Position numbers and translations under genes: made by a program
NCBI GenBank assembly: GCA_001643675.2
Contig: LSRY02000007.1
Span: forward strand, 310,001 to 374,000
Direction of reading: 5' to 3'
Source of the DNA: Monocercomonoides exilis PA203
Taxonomy: Eukaryota > Protista > Preaxostyla
Length of the DNA: 64,000 nt
The notes under the pieces: generated by a model
Seen by the model: the letters and a program-made list of their open reading frames with translations, nothing else
Databases searched by the model: none
Told to the model about the DNA's origin: nothing
Part shown: positions 35,473 through 49,378 of the stretch, piece by piece
Layout: each line of letters begins with the position of its first letter
Numbering within the stretch: position 1 is the stretch's first letter

Positions 35473-38400
35473 TCAAAGAGGAAAGAACGTTGTTTCATCA
35501 GGCTTTATAGGTGCAGCAGGTTTAAGCGCGCTTTGTTTCAGAAGAGTTTCTGCTGAATTTTCCGGATTTATCAATTGAGGCTTTGAAACAGACTGACGCT
35601 GAGGTGAAAGCACAGAAGCAGATGCAGGAGAGCTTGGCCTTGCTGCAGAGCCAGAGGCATTTCCTGAAGGAAGGCTGGGCGAGTGGCAGAGCGTCTGCGA
35701 ACGGGATGTCGATCCAGGCGATGACACAGCCTTGCTCGCAGTCGCATGCTGTGGCTGCTGATGCAAATAGACTGAATGTGTTTGAATTTTTGGGGCAGCA
35801 CGCTTTGCCAATCCAGGCGAGGCAGCAAAAGAGGGCTGGGAAGCATCAGAAGAATTCCTTCGCGATGAAGACAGAGATGCCCTGTCTGTGTGTGCTGCTG
35901 ATCCGCCGAGTGGCTGCTGGCTCTGCAGGAACGACGCCTTTGTGGACGGAGGAACAGCAGAGGAAGGTCTGCTGAGTGTTCTTGGCGAGACAAAAGTGCG
36001 AGAGGACGAAAGAGGAGAATGAGCACTGCTTTGCCTGCTGCTGCGAGGAGAGCGCGATGCAGCCAGCGACTCCACAGCTTCGATGTTGTTGAGGATGACC
36101 GTGTCTGCATTTGGGACAGCAGGATGCACCTGAGTGGAGGAAGGGGGCATTGCAGAGGAGAGGATGTACGAAGGAGAAGCATTCAGCGCAGTTTCTGTGG
36201 AAAAGGGGGAAGAGAGCGTGAATGGCGATGAAAGAGGTTCTGAAGAAGAAGAAGAAGAAGCAGGATTTGAGGAAGAAGCTGCAGCTGCTTTTGAAGAAAG
36301 CGGAGATGTTTGCTGTTTTGGAGAATTTCGAACATTCTCAGAAGCATCTGTGTCAACTTCTGTTGGATTGAATGTTCCTTGTTTGAAGTTCTCCTCTTCT
36401 TTTTCTTTTGCCTGCATTCTTGCCTTCTCTCTTTGCTTATGCTCAGAAGACGCAATGATGTGCTGGAATTTGTGCTCTGACGGAGAGAGATGGTGCATCC
36501 TGTGCTCTTCTGGTGCTTTTTCCTTCTTCAGCAGCACCGTCGGAACAGAAACAATGGAAGACTTTGGAGGCGAAGGACTTCGTGATTTGCTCTCTCCATT
36601 TCGTGAGGGAGACGGCGACATGTGGAAAGAGGGTATGTCAAACGGCTTTCGCTCTTTGACAGCAGAAAGCGAAGGAGCAGAAACAGACGATGGAGGCAAG
36701 TCAGATGGCTTCCCCTTTTGCCCATTAATTTCACTCAGCTCTCTTCTCAACGCTGCTTCTTCTTCATGCATCATTCTGCGTGTTCGTCTGATTGTGTCTA
36801 CAAGTCTGGTGCCCTCTCGTCTCCTTGTTGGCACACGCTGCTCTCTTGCATTTGCTTCACCCACAGCGTTTCCCTTTGAATCTGCTGCCTGTCCAAACTG
36901 AATGCTGCTCTTTTTAGGCACAACAAGCGATGGATTTGGTGTGAGTGTCGGATGGAATCTATCGCGGAGTAGAGAAGACAAAGAAGTTGATGACGAAGAA
37001 TAACTAGGCAACGATGTTCTGCTAATATCTGGAGATCGCAAAGAAGGCATCGCAGCTTCCGGGACATTCAATCTTTCTAATTCTGAGTCTGGAACCATAA
37101 TTTCGTAAATCCCTGGCTCTGATGGAGGAACACGGAAATACCGCTGCAGAACGGGATCGCTGGAAGAAATGGGGCAAAAAGTAACATTAAACAGACTGGG
37201 GCTGATGAAGCTTATCTGAGAACGTGAATTACCAAATCTCACATCTTGTTGTTCACTATGTAACGACTTGCAGGAAGATCGAAGCAGAGAAATAGAAGAC
37301 GGGTCAGGTGGAACACTGACATTCGGCGTGGGCGATGGCTGAATAGAAGGAGACGATTCTTGCTGCTCAGTCTGAATGGCAGATGCAACTGACTCTGCTG
37401 AAATCGAACGGAGCAAAGAATCGCTCAATGAGACAGGCAGAGTTTGTGTCTCTGTGAGTGTGATGTCAGATGCCATGATGGTCTTCGGTGTTGCTGCCAG
37501 CGAATTCCCAGCGCCTTCACCTGGATTAAAATACTCATCATCGTTTTCTTCTTTAACAGAAGCATTAACTTCTTCTTCTTCTATTTCTATTTCAATTTCT
37601 CCTTCTTCTCCTTCTCCTTTGCCTTCGCCTTCTTCTTCTTCAATTGGAGCACAATGAGGAAGTGGCGAAGACAGAAACCACAGGCCATTTGGCATTTTTA
37701 GGAGAAGGATGGTTGAACATGGTACATTCGATGCCACTTTCAGAGCAGACGATGCAAGCGGAGAACGAGAGGGAGGAGGATTAAAAGAAGGCAGTGAGGA
37801 TGCTGTTGAATACAAATCAGATGTCGAAGGAGTCATGTCAAAAGTAATAACTCTCTGTGCTTTTCTCGAACTGCCTGGAATGAGCTTTGGCGGCAAAGGT
37901 GCTGCAGAAAGCGGAGCGAATGAGTCGTTTCTGGCGTCTTTGAACGAAGCAGTCTCAATTTCTGAGCGAGGCAGCGTCGAGAAAGTGGAGCAAAGCGAGG
38001 TGCTTGATGCAGACAGAGGCACAGCTGCAGATGGGAACACGGCTGTGGTGTGGATGCGTGTTGGGGAGAGCATCGGAAAGAAAGAGGGGTTCTTAGTCAG
38101 ATGCGGAGAAACCGGCTGCTCTGTGTCGCGCACACGCTCTGTCAGCCAGTAGGTCGTGCTGATCTCTTTGCTCTTGTTGGCTGCTGAGCATTCGAGTGCA
38201 GCCATCGACGTTGGCGCTTTCAGTGAACGAGGCTGAAGGGAAGACAGATGAGACAGAGAAAGAGGACTGATGGAAGGTGGTGTGGCATCAAGTTGACTCT
38301 GTTTGGATTGTGCGGAGGATGAAGAATAAAGAGAAGCTGTTGATTGATCTCCAGCAGAGCCACCAAGATTGGATGCATAAGAGCCCTCAGACATTCCCTC

Positions 38401-41400
38401 TGCAGCCTTCAAAATGCTTCTTTCTTTGGTCATCTCACTTCCTTTCCTATTCTCTCCTCCTCCTTCTCCTTCTCCTTCGTTTTCATTGAAGGCGCCTTCC
38501 ATTTTGTTCTCCCGAGTAGAAGAAAGTGGAGAAATAGAAGTTTCTTTCAGACTCAATCGGTCACAAATCTCTTTTGCTCGGAAGGTGTCTACAGATTGCT
38601 CATCAGACGCTGAGAATGAATCAAAAGGAGCATCAGAAGAACGAGAAGAAGGATGACGAACAAAAGAAGAAGAAGAAGAAGATGATGATGATGACATAGT
38701 TGGAGAAGAATTAAGACTCCTTTGAGACATGTTCTGTTTATTGATGGAAGAAGAAGACATTTGAGGCATCTCAGTTGGTGTTTGAGGAGGATGAGGAGAA
38801 GAGGACGGATCCATAAATGGAGACTGAGCAAGCGAGGGCGAAGGGGAAGAAGAAGACAATGAAGAAGAAGAAGAGGAGGAGGAGGAGGGTTGAGCAGTGT
38901 TGATGTCAGAGGCACGTGAATTGGCAGCAGATAGTTGTGAAGAGATTGATGAGGCAGAAGGTGTACGCTGAAGAATGGACGAGGAAGAAGAGCGACGCGA
39001 AAGCGGTTTGAGAATTCTGTTTCCTCTTTCGTCTCTCGAACGTGCTGAAAGTACTCTCTCGCTTCCTTTGTGCTCGTCAGAACTTCCTTTGAATTGCTGC
39101 AGCTGCTCCTTCAAAGACGATACTTTCGCCTTCAAAATTGTGATTTCCTCTTCTTTTTTCTGCCTCTCAGCAAACGGAAAAGCCGAGTTCTCGTCTCGTT
39201 CCCTCATTTCCTTCAGCTCTTTTTCTCGCATCTGCACCCACTCTTTCTCTCGCTGCTCGGCCCGCTCTGAAATCTGCTGGCATCTTTCCGTCATCGTCTT
39301 CAGCGCCTCTTCGCATTCTTCCTTTTCGTGCACCACTTTCGCTTTGTCTCTTTCCACCTCTCCTCTGAGCGACCGCTCCTTCCTTATCTCATCCTCACGC
39401 GCCTGCACAACCTTCGCCATCTCTTCTTGTTTGGCTTTTGCTCCTTTCGCTGCTGCCTCGTCCAGCTGCTGTGGTACAAGTGACAGCTGCAGTTGAAGTC
39501 TCGTGTTCTCAGCGCTTATTTCCAGCATCTTCTTGTGCCGCTCCTCCAAAATGAACATCCTCTCATTCATTTGTGTGCGCTCCACATTCCAATCACCCAG
39601 TTTTTGTGAGTGTGATTCTTCCTGCAGCTGGATGATCTGCTTCAGCTCAGCCATTTCGCTCTTCATCTCCTCCACAAGACGATGCTGCGCCATCAGCACT
39701 TTTGCAATCTCCATCGAGAAAAAGGGGTTATGCGAGGAGGACAAAGAAGAACTGCTGGCGGTGGCAGACATTGGCAAGGAAGAGAGGCCGTATGGAGAGG
39801 AAGACGGGGAAGGTGGTGCAAATGCAAGCTGGGATTGAGCATCCACAAGTGAAGAAGGGGATAAAGAGGGAAGGCTTTGTGGAGATTCGGTTGAAAGAGA
39901 GGGGGAGGCAGGCACAACTTGACTGAGTTCGGCTGCTGTGCTGTCTGTTTTGATCGTTGGGATAGTCAGCGATGGTTTTAAAAAAGATGGAAGATTCGAA
40001 TTTTCTGCGCTTTTATTCGAAAATTCTCGATTTTTCACAGAAGAAGAAGAAGATGATGATGATGAAGGTGAAAATGAAGAAAGATTGAATTCGCTGCTTG
40101 CAGAATTAGAGACAGGAGAGATAGAAAGCGTCATTTCTTTCTGTGAAGATTCTAAAAATGATCTGTTTCTCTCTCCGTTTCTGTTTGATGCATTCATTCT
40201 GCTTCTTCCCAATGAACTTGAGTATTGCTTCATCGCAGTGTTGAAAAAAGAAGAAAACTCAGCTTTTTGCTGTGAATAGCCAGAAACAATGTTCGACAAG
40301 AAAGACATGCTGCTATTTGCCTCTTCGCCAAGCTCTGGATCCAATTCAATTGAAGATGCAAGTTTTGCTGAAGTGAACAGTTTTGCAGTATTTCAATTGT
40401 TTTTTTTTTTTTTTATCATGCAAACAAAAATAAAATAAATATCATCAAAAAATCTGTTTTATCACAAAATGCAAGTAACAAGCATACATCCAGACAATTG
40501 AAAAGTTCTTTCTTTTACATTGTTATCAACGATCTCATCCTTTTCATCCTCATTGCTTTCATTCTCGCTTTTTTCTTTGTCAGTCTGCTTTTCCTCTGTA
40601 ATTTGTCCTTTTTCTTCTTTGTCGTCCTTTTCAGAAAGTTGAGCACCAGTTGAAAACGTTTCTGGCTTCATATTGTCTACTCGCTGATCTTGTTGAACTA
40701 ACCATTCCTTCAATTCCCTTTCAACCTGAGCTCGTTTTTGTGTATCTTTATCATGCTCTCGCAAGACAGTACTAACAATGGAATATCCCAAATCAAGATC
40801 TTCTTTTTCATGCATAACATTATATATTTCTTGTTCAGTAACTTTTGACAGAGTGTTCAAGCTTCCACAAATTTTCCAATGATTTTCTATATCATCTTTA
40901 TAATGCTCTCTGCAGCAATAACAACCAACATTACATCCAGGACAGATATAGACCTTAGCAATAAATTAAATGAAGAAATAATAAACGGTTAGCAATGAAA
41001 TAAAAATAATTCATTGTTTTTTTTGAAATTATTGATAGAAAAATATTCATACTTTCGGTAAATATTCCAGATTTGGTACTGTTTTAGATTTATATTTGCT
41101 CCTTCCTGGGCCAGATCGAAAAGTTGATGACTGCTCTTCTAAGTTGAGTACATTTTCACAACATGACTCACAAAAGCCCTGAGGCACAAAAGAAACGCAC
41201 ATGCGCAAAAAATCCCACCTCATGCTATCAGTCATATCAATGTACGCCAATATTCCTTCTTGAATTGATTTAATTTGTTTTGTAATTGTTTCAGCTGCTG
41301 TTTGAGCTGCTTTGGTTGATTTACTCATGCATCTCTGTAAACGATATTTATGCGTTGCCAGCAGGGTAAATGCAAATGAAGGAGGTGTAATACCAACTAT

Positions 41401-41436
41401 ATCTGTTGGAGTTACAAGGTTTCCCCTGGTGGTCAT
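35473..41436 (-). CDS. Large protein (~1914 aa) with N-terminal MYND-type zinc finger, coiled coil and Ser/Pro-rich disordered regions, 3 exons
   Basis: Exons 41436-41053, 40953-40488, 40367-35473 splice in frame. FCESC...CPGCNVGCYCCREHYKDDIENHWKIC follows MYND ligand spacing. Confidence 0.7.
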
Positions 41437-41565
41437 TACGCAAAGTTTACAAAGTTCTTTGCTTTAATTAAAATTTGAAAAATAATTATCGAAATAAATT
41501 AATAATGCATTAAAGTGATCTTCAAACAACGATAATTAATTTTTTTTCCGTTCATTAGTTCTTTA

Positions 41566-44500
41566 ATGGCGGATACAGACGAGAACCTTTTGTCAACAGT
41601 ACAACTCGATGACACTATCGCAATTACACGAGAATATAAATCGCTTCTTATAAAAGCTTTTCATACAGATTTTGCTCATCTTCATCCGTTTAACCCAGTT
41701 TATATTGCCGGATTTGACAAATATGGACGAAGAATAGTTGTATTAAATGCACATAATATCAACACTAGAGCCTCTAAAGATGACTTGCTTCTTTATTTTT
41801 TATTAAAAGTCAATCGAATTGTTTGATTGCTTATTGTTTTGTTTAAAAACAATACTTTCATTAAAATATAAAATCTTTACATCAAATTTATTTTTTCAGG
41901 TAAAACGCCCTTATGTTGTTGTTCTTACTTGCTATTATCAAAGGAAAGGCTTTGATCTCTCAACTCGAACTTTTGTATCGATGTATCGTAAACTTCCTCA
42001 ACCAGTTTGCTTTAGATATATTTTTTGACTTGAAATTCTTTAATAAATTGTGTTTAGTACCAAGATAATCTGAAAATGTTTCTTATAGTTGGACCATCTC
42101 GCTCAATGCGCTTTATCTTATATTTCGTAAAGCTATTTTCAGGCGATTTTGCAAAAAAGGCAAAGTACCTTACAAACATTACAGAACTAGATAAATATCT
42201 GGATCCTATACAGATTCAACTTCCTGCCGTTCTCTATCGTTCTGCAAATCCAAAGGAAGAATATCCAATTGTATCAATTAGCACACCTTTACTTGTTCTT
42301 ACACAGTCAGAAGTGGTTGGACTCGGAGTTGCAGATGCGCTTCCATTTGTTGCGATGAACATGTCTGGATGGCTGATTCAGAATAGAGCGTTGAAGAATA
42401 TATCTCTTTTCCTCTCAGAATTTGACTATACAGCATTCGAAAGAATCATCGAGCTTGTTGCTTTTGGTGTGATTGAATTTTTTTTTCCCCTTTCAAATTA
42501 AACATGATTATTTTCCTTTTTTAAAAATTGATTTCATTTTATTTTAAAAATGTTATCTCTTCTGTGTGAATATTTTCAATGCACATTTATTCTACCAGAT
42601 CCTCTCTTCCACTTTCCAAGGGATATTCCTTCATTCATTCCTTTTGCTGTGCTGTGCTCGTTCATAAAGAACATCCCCACATCACTCGCAGGCTCAGCAG
42701 CTGCCTTCGAATGCATCGAAGTTGGGCGCCTGGCAAACAAGGCGTTGCATCTCGAAGAAGAAAAAATTAAGCAGAAATTAGTTCAAAAGAAAGAAGAAGA
42801 GCAAAGTATTGGAACTGATTCTAGTTCTGTTGGCAGTTTTGATCACGATACAGAAGCATCAGCACCAGACTCACCTTCTCTCTCTTCTCCGCCTTCAAGT
42901 CCTCGCTTTCTCAACCAATCTTCTTCTTCTCCTTCTTCTTCTCCCTCAGCTGATTGTGAATACGATCTTTTCATTGAGATGCTGCAGCGGTCGCTGTGCA
43001 ATGCCATTCTGTCGATTCCACCTGCCCATCTGAACACATTTCAGCTGGTCATTCTTCTCATCAGAGCAGCCGTCAGATGGCAGTCGTGGATCATCGAGGG
43101 AAAAAGAGAAGAGAATAAAAAGAAACAGAAAAAGGAGGAAAATGGCGAAAGTGCATCAATTGTCAATAAAAGTGATGTAAAAACCAAACATTCAAGAGAA
43201 GATGCTTCTTCATCGGATTCTCATTCAACAGAAGCAGCAAACACTTCAAACGACAAGGCAAAAGCCATCAAAACCACAACACGATATGAAGGAGTGATTC
43301 TTGAGTCATACAATTCATTTCCTTCTGCTTCTTCTTCATCTTCTTCATCTTCCTCCTCTTCTTCCTCTCAGAAATTCACTTCTTTTTCCTCTTCAGGCAA
43401 ATCCTCTTCCCGCCCACCTGTTGTCCTCCCTCCAACTAATTATCCTCTGCTCTTCCCACTCAAATCTGTCCATTCTTCCTTCCTTCAGATCCACACGCCA
43501 GCTTCTGTCTTGAAATGCCCTCTCCTTCCTGTCTCTTTGTCTTCTTCTCCTTCATCATCTTCCTCTTCCTCTTCCTCTTTCTCCTCCTCTGCAACATTCA
43601 CTGAATCAACCCATTCAAAGCCAACAGACCCATTCGCCTATCTTTCCGAGGTTAATCTCGCCTCTTCCTCTCTTTCCTCCTCTTGTTTCTTCACTTCGCT
43701 CTATTCCTCTCTCCTCTTCGCCGTCTGCTCCTGTTTCGTGCACATCGTGTTTCCAACCTCTGTCTCCCTCCATTCTTCTCTCACTCTTCTCCAGCAGAAA
43801 GAAGAAGAGCTGCGTTCTCTCCGTCTGCGCCAGGGCATCGAAACTATCCCCAAAATGAGCTCTCTCTCAGCTGTCTCCATGTCACCCGTGATAACAGCCA
43901 CTGACCCTTCCTCTTTGTCTTCTTCTGACCCATCGTTCCCTGTCTTCCTCCAGATCAAGGACTCTTCTGAATGCGAAGTCACCGCAGAAGAAGATAACGA
44001 TGTTGTTGGCTCTCCTTTTGTGTTGGCACTTTTGAGAGCGTTTCTTTCGATGCCTCCGCTTTCGACGCTGAATCCAGTGCCTTCTCCGTCTTCTCTTTCG
44101 CTTTACCTTTCCTTTGCACTTGCACTAACGGCATTGTGGTGGAATGAGATCAGAGCGATGATCACAGGGGAGTCTATTGACAGCAAGGAAGAGAATGCTG
44201 TGGAGAATGAGAAGAAAAAGAAGAAGGGGAGAAGGAGAATGGAAGTGAGCGATGATGAGGATGAGGAGTCGGAAGAAGAAGAAGAGGAGGAGGAGGAGAA
44301 AGAGGAGAAGGAAGAAGAAGAAGAGCAATCAGAAAATAAATCAATTTCAACAACAAAATCATCAAAAACAAAAACCAAAACAATAAAACGAAAGAAGATA
44401 AAAACGCAGCGCATAACGGCATTAACACCACCATTTGAGGATGAAGACGATGAAGCATTCAAAAAGAACAGGAATGAAAGGAAAGAAAGAGTTAGCAGTT

Positions 44501-47500
44501 GGATGAAGAAGATGAGAGGGAGAGCGAATTCGCAGTCAATGAAAGAGCAAAATGGAATGATGGATAAGAAAGGGAATACAAAGGACAGCAGAAGAGGTTA
44601 TTCAGAATTGGCTGAAATTGTTGGAAGTCAAACGTATTTGTGGCTGAAAAACACGAAAGTGCAGAAAAGAGAGATGGTATGCAAATGAATTGGAAATAGA
44701 AAATGAATAAATAAATAAATTAATAAATTAATAAATAAATAAATAAATATTTTTGTGAGAAAATTGATTTGATATGATTGATAATAAAAGTGTTTCATAT
44801 TTAAAAATTTTTCTTTCGATGTTTTTAATTAATGTATTTATTTTATTCATCTCCTTTTATTCCTTTTCTAATTAATTAAAAACAACTCAGGGCAACCTCT
44901 TTCCCCACAGACTGCTTCTGTCTTCTCTTCCTTTCTGTTCCACACACATTTCTCTTCTTTATTCCCTCCGCCGCCCTGTTTCTTCTCTTCCGCTCCATCT
45001 TCGCTTCTCATTTGCCTTCAGCCGCACAACAGAAGAGACAGAAATGGATATACTCAATAGAAATAATATGATTTCTTCTTCTTCTGATTCTTCTGATTCT
45101 TCTGATTCTTCATCTTCTTCTTCTGATTCTTCATCATCATCAAAGGAAAATGCATCAAATGAACAACAGAAAGAACAAGAGAAGAGCGAAGAAACAAAAG
45201 ATATAAGGAATTCGTCAAATGACAAAAAGACAAAATCAGAAAAACAAAACAAATCAGATGAAAAATTGAATGATGAATCAAATGAAGCTAATCAAAAGGC
45301 AAAGCAATCACAAACATCTCATTCATCTGACAAGAATCAGACAAATGATGAAACATCTGAACAACAAAGAAATGCTTCTGATAAAACACAAAGTGGAACT
45401 GATTATGATGATAACGGTGACAAATCTCTCATTTCACAAACATCTTCTGGAAACTCCAACACTTCACAGTCTGAATCCCAACCAAACACATCGAATATTC
45501 CTTCATCATCATCTTCTTCTTCTTCCTCCTCCTCCTCCTCTTCTTCCTCTTCTCTTGATACTCCTCCCTCTGACTCTTCTATTTCTCCCTTCTTTCTTCT
45601 TGCTGTTGAGCACATCTCTTTCCTCAACACGATGCCTCTTCCACTCGCACGCGACGATTCTCTCGCAAATTCTGCTTCTTCTTCCTCTTCAATTAAAGGA
45701 GCAGAAAGCACATCAGACAAACAGGAAGAAGAAGAAGAAGAAGAAAGTGATGGCAAAGAACAGAACAAGAAGAATGGAAAAGATGCTAATGATAACAGTA
45801 ATGAAACAAACAAAAACAAAAACAAAAACAAAAACAAAACCACATCCAAAGCAAATGACAAAGAGAGTGAAGACAATGACAATGATCTCGACCAATCTTC
45901 AAATGCCAAGCGAGCGAGGGAGGAGGAAGAGAGTTTGGAGGAGCAATGGATTGAGTATTTCCAGCAGAAGACACAGCAGCAGAAGATGCTGCGGAATGGC
46001 TCACTCTGTGTACTGCCTCAGAAGAGCATAAGTGCAGCACAATTGAAGAAGGAGTTGTCAGGGGGAGATAAAAGGGAGGAGGAAGGAGAGAGAAAGAACA
46101 GGAAGGGGGAGGGAATGGAAGGAATGGAAGGATGTGTGAAGGAAGGGAATGAGATGAAAGAGAATGAAAAAGATGAAAATAAAAATAAAAATAAAAATAT
46201 TTTAAATAATTTAAATAATGAAGAATCAATGAAAGAAAGGGGAATGCAAAGTGCTTGTTTGATGTTTGGAAGCCAAGGATTTGTGCAACAGACATGTGAA
46301 ATTGAAGATGCTTCTCTGAAAGCGATGAAAAAAGAGAGTTTTGAAGAAAGTGCAAAAGATGAGGAAGAGGAGAAAAAGAAACAAGAAGAGGAAGAAAGAT
46401 TAAAGAGGGAAGAAGAAGAGAGGAAGAAGAAGGAAGAGGAAGAGAGATTGAGAAAGGAAGAAGAGGAAAGGAAAAGGAAAGAAGACGAAGAAGAAAGAAA
46501 GAAAAAGGAAGAAGACGAAGAAAAGGCAAGGAAAGAAGAAGAAAGAAGAAAGAAAGAAGAAGAGGAGCGGAAGAAGAAGGAAGAAGAAGAACGGTTGAAA
46601 AAAGAGGAGGAGGAAAGAAAAAGAAAGGAGAAGGAGGAAGAAGAAGAAAGAATCAAAAAGGAAGGGGAAGAAAGAAAACGCAAGGAAGAGGAGGAACGCA
46701 TCAGAAAAGAAGAAGAGGAGAGAAAACGAAAAGAGGAAGAAGAGAGGAAGAAGAGAGAAGAGGAAGAAGAACGATTAAAACGAGAAGAAGAAGAGCGTTT
46801 AAGAAGAGAAGAGGAGGAGAGGAAAAAGAAAGAGGAAGAAGAGAGAAAACGAAAAGAAGAGGAAGAAGAACGAATAAGAAAAGAAGAAGAACGAAAGAAG
46901 AAAGAGGAAGAAGAAAGGAAAAGGAAGGAAGAAGAAGAGAAAGAGAGATTGAGAAAAGAAGAGGAAGAACGAAAGAAAAAAGAGGAAGAAGAGAGAAAGA
47001 GGAAGGAAGAGGAAGAGAAGAAGAGAAGAGAAGAAGAGGAGCGATTGAAAAAGGAAGAAGAAGAAAGAAGAAGGCGAGAGGAGGAGGAAAAGAAAAGAAA
47101 AGAAGAAGAGGAGAGGAAGAGAAAAGAGGAAGAAGAAAGGTTGAAAAGGGAAGAAGAGAAGAAGAAGAGGGAAGAAGAAGAACGTTTAAGAAAAGAAGAA
47201 GAGGAAAGGAAGAGAAAGGAAGAGGAAGAGAGGAAGAGGAAGGAGGAAGAGAGAAAGAAGAAGGAAGAGGAAGAGAAGAAGAGAAGAGAAGAAGAGGAGA
47301 GGAAGAAGAAAGAGGAGGAAGAGAGAAAGAGGAAAGAAGAAGAAGAAAGAAAACGAAAGGAGGAAGAAGAGAGGAAGAAGAAAGAGGAAGAGGAAAGAAT
47401 AAAGAGAGAAGAAGAAGAAGAGCGACTTAGAAAAGAGGAAGAGGAACGAAAGAGAAAAGAGGAAGAAGAAAGGAAAAGAAAGGAAGAAGAAGAAAGGTTG

Positions 47501-49378
47501 AGAAAGGAAGAGGAAGAGAGGAAGAGAAAAGAAGAGGAGGAAAGAAAGCGCAAAGAAGAAGAAGAGCGTTTAAGAAGAGAAGAGGAGGAGAGAAAAAGAA
47601 AGGAAGAAGAAGAGAAGAAGAGAAAAGAAGAAGAAGAAAGATTGAAAAAGGAGGAAGAAGAAAGGATCAGACGAGAAGAGGAGGAAAGATTGAGAAGAGA
47701 GGAAGAAGAGAGGAAGAAGAAAGAAGAAGAAGAAAGAAGAAGGAAAGAAGAGGAAGAAAGGAAACGGAAAGAGGAAGAAGAGAGAAAGAGGAAAGAAGAA
47801 GAAGAGAGAAAACGAAAAGAAGAGGAAGAAGAAAGAAAACGCAAAGAAGAAGAGGAAAGGTTGAAAAGAGAAGAGGAAGAAAGGAAAAGGAAGGAGGAAG
47901 AAGAGAGGAAACGAAAGGAAGAAGAAGAACGGTTGAGAAAAGAGGAAGAAGAGAGAAAAAGGAAGGAGGAAGAAGAGAAAGAGAGAAAGAGGAAAGAAGA
48001 GGAGGAGAGGAAAAGGAAAGAAGAGGAAGAAAAATTAAAGCGGGAAGAGGAGGAAAGGAAGAAGAAAGAAGAAGAAGAAAGAATCAAAAAGGAAGAGGAA
48101 GAGAGGAAAAGGAAGGAGGAAGAAGAACGAAAGAAGAAAGAGGAGGAAGAAAGAAAGAGAAAGGAGGAAGAGGAAAGGAAACAGAAAGAGGAGGAAGAAA
48201 GGAAGAGAAAGGAAGAAGAAGAGAAAGAGAGAAAGAGGAAAGAAGAAGAGGAGCGAAAGAGAAAAGAAGAGGAAGAGAGGAAAAGGAAGGAGGAAGAGGA
48301 ACGTATCAGAAAAGAAGAAGAGGAGAGAAAACGAAAAGAGGAAGAAGAGAGGAAGAAGAAAGAGGAAGAAGAGAGGAAGAGAAAAGAAGAGGAGGAAAGA
48401 AAGCGCAAAGAAGAAGAAGAGCGTTTAAGAAGAGAAGAGGAGGAGAGGAAAAAGAAAGAGGAAGAAGAAAGGAAGAGAAAGGAGGAAGAAGAGAGAAAAC
48501 GAAAAGAAGAGGAAAGGAAGAAAAAGGAAGAAGAGGAGAGGAAGAGGAAGGAAGAGGAAGAGAGAAAGCGTAAAGAGGAGGAAGAAAGATTGAGAAAAGA
48601 GGAAGAAGAGAGGAAACGAAAGGAGGAAGAGGAAAGAAAAAGAAAAGAAGAGGAAGAGAGGAGGAAGAGAGAGGAAGAAGAGAGACTTAGAAAAGAAGAG
48701 GAAGAGATAAAGAAGAAGGAAGAGGAAGAGAGAAAGAGGAAAGAAGAAGAGGAGAGAAAACGAAAGGAAGAGGAAAGGAAAAAGAAAGAGGAAGAAGAGA
48801 AGAAGAAGAGGGAGGAAGAACGAAAGAAGAAAGAGGAAGAAGAAAGAAAGCGCAAAGAAGAAGAGGAAAAGAAAAGAAAAGAGGAAGAAGAACGATTGAG
48901 GATTTTTGAAGAAGAAAAGAAGAGGAAAGAGGAAGAAGAAAGGAAGAAGAAAGAGGAAGAAGAAAGAAAGAGAAGAGAGGAAGAGAAGAGGAAGAAGAAA
49001 GAGGAAGAAGAAAGAAAAAGGAAAGAAGAAGAAGAAAATAAAAAGAAAGAAGAAGCCGAAAGGAAGAAGAAAGAAGAAGAAGAGCGAATAAAAAAAGAAA
49101 AAGAGGAAGAAGAGCAAAAGCTTGCCGAAAGCAAACAAGCAGCCGAAGCAATGGAAGAGGCAAAGAAGAAGGCTGCGATGTTTATAGCGAAGCAGATGCG
49201 GATGAGGAGGTTCCAGAAGATAGCGAAAGGAGTGGTGGAGTTTACAGAGCAGCAGAAGAAGGAGTTTGCAGAGCACGAGCTGAAGATGCGGATAGAGGCG
49301 AATAAGATGGAGATGGCGGTGGAGCAGACGACGGTGCTGTCGCAGTTTGAGAAGGAGGAAGAGTATTCGTTTGATTAA
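41566..49378 (+). CDS. BCH/CRAL-TRIO plus degenerate RhoGAP-like protein with very long charged single alpha-helix (~2444 aa), 5 exons
   Basis: Exons 41566-41820, 41900-42004, 42058-42466, 42599-44676, 44891-49378 splice in frame. BCH motifs AGFDKYGRRIVV, RPYVVV, YQDNLKMFLIVGP, ELDKYL..IQLP. RhoGAP-like segments AVLCSFIKNIPTSL and SIPPAHLNTFQLVI. Confidence 0.7.
46358..49120 (+). repeat. Coding tandem repeat (about EEEERKRK), near-pure purine sense strand
   Basis: About 920 codons of alternating E3-5 and (K/R)3-4 blocks, with synonymous variation between units. Confidence 0.95.
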
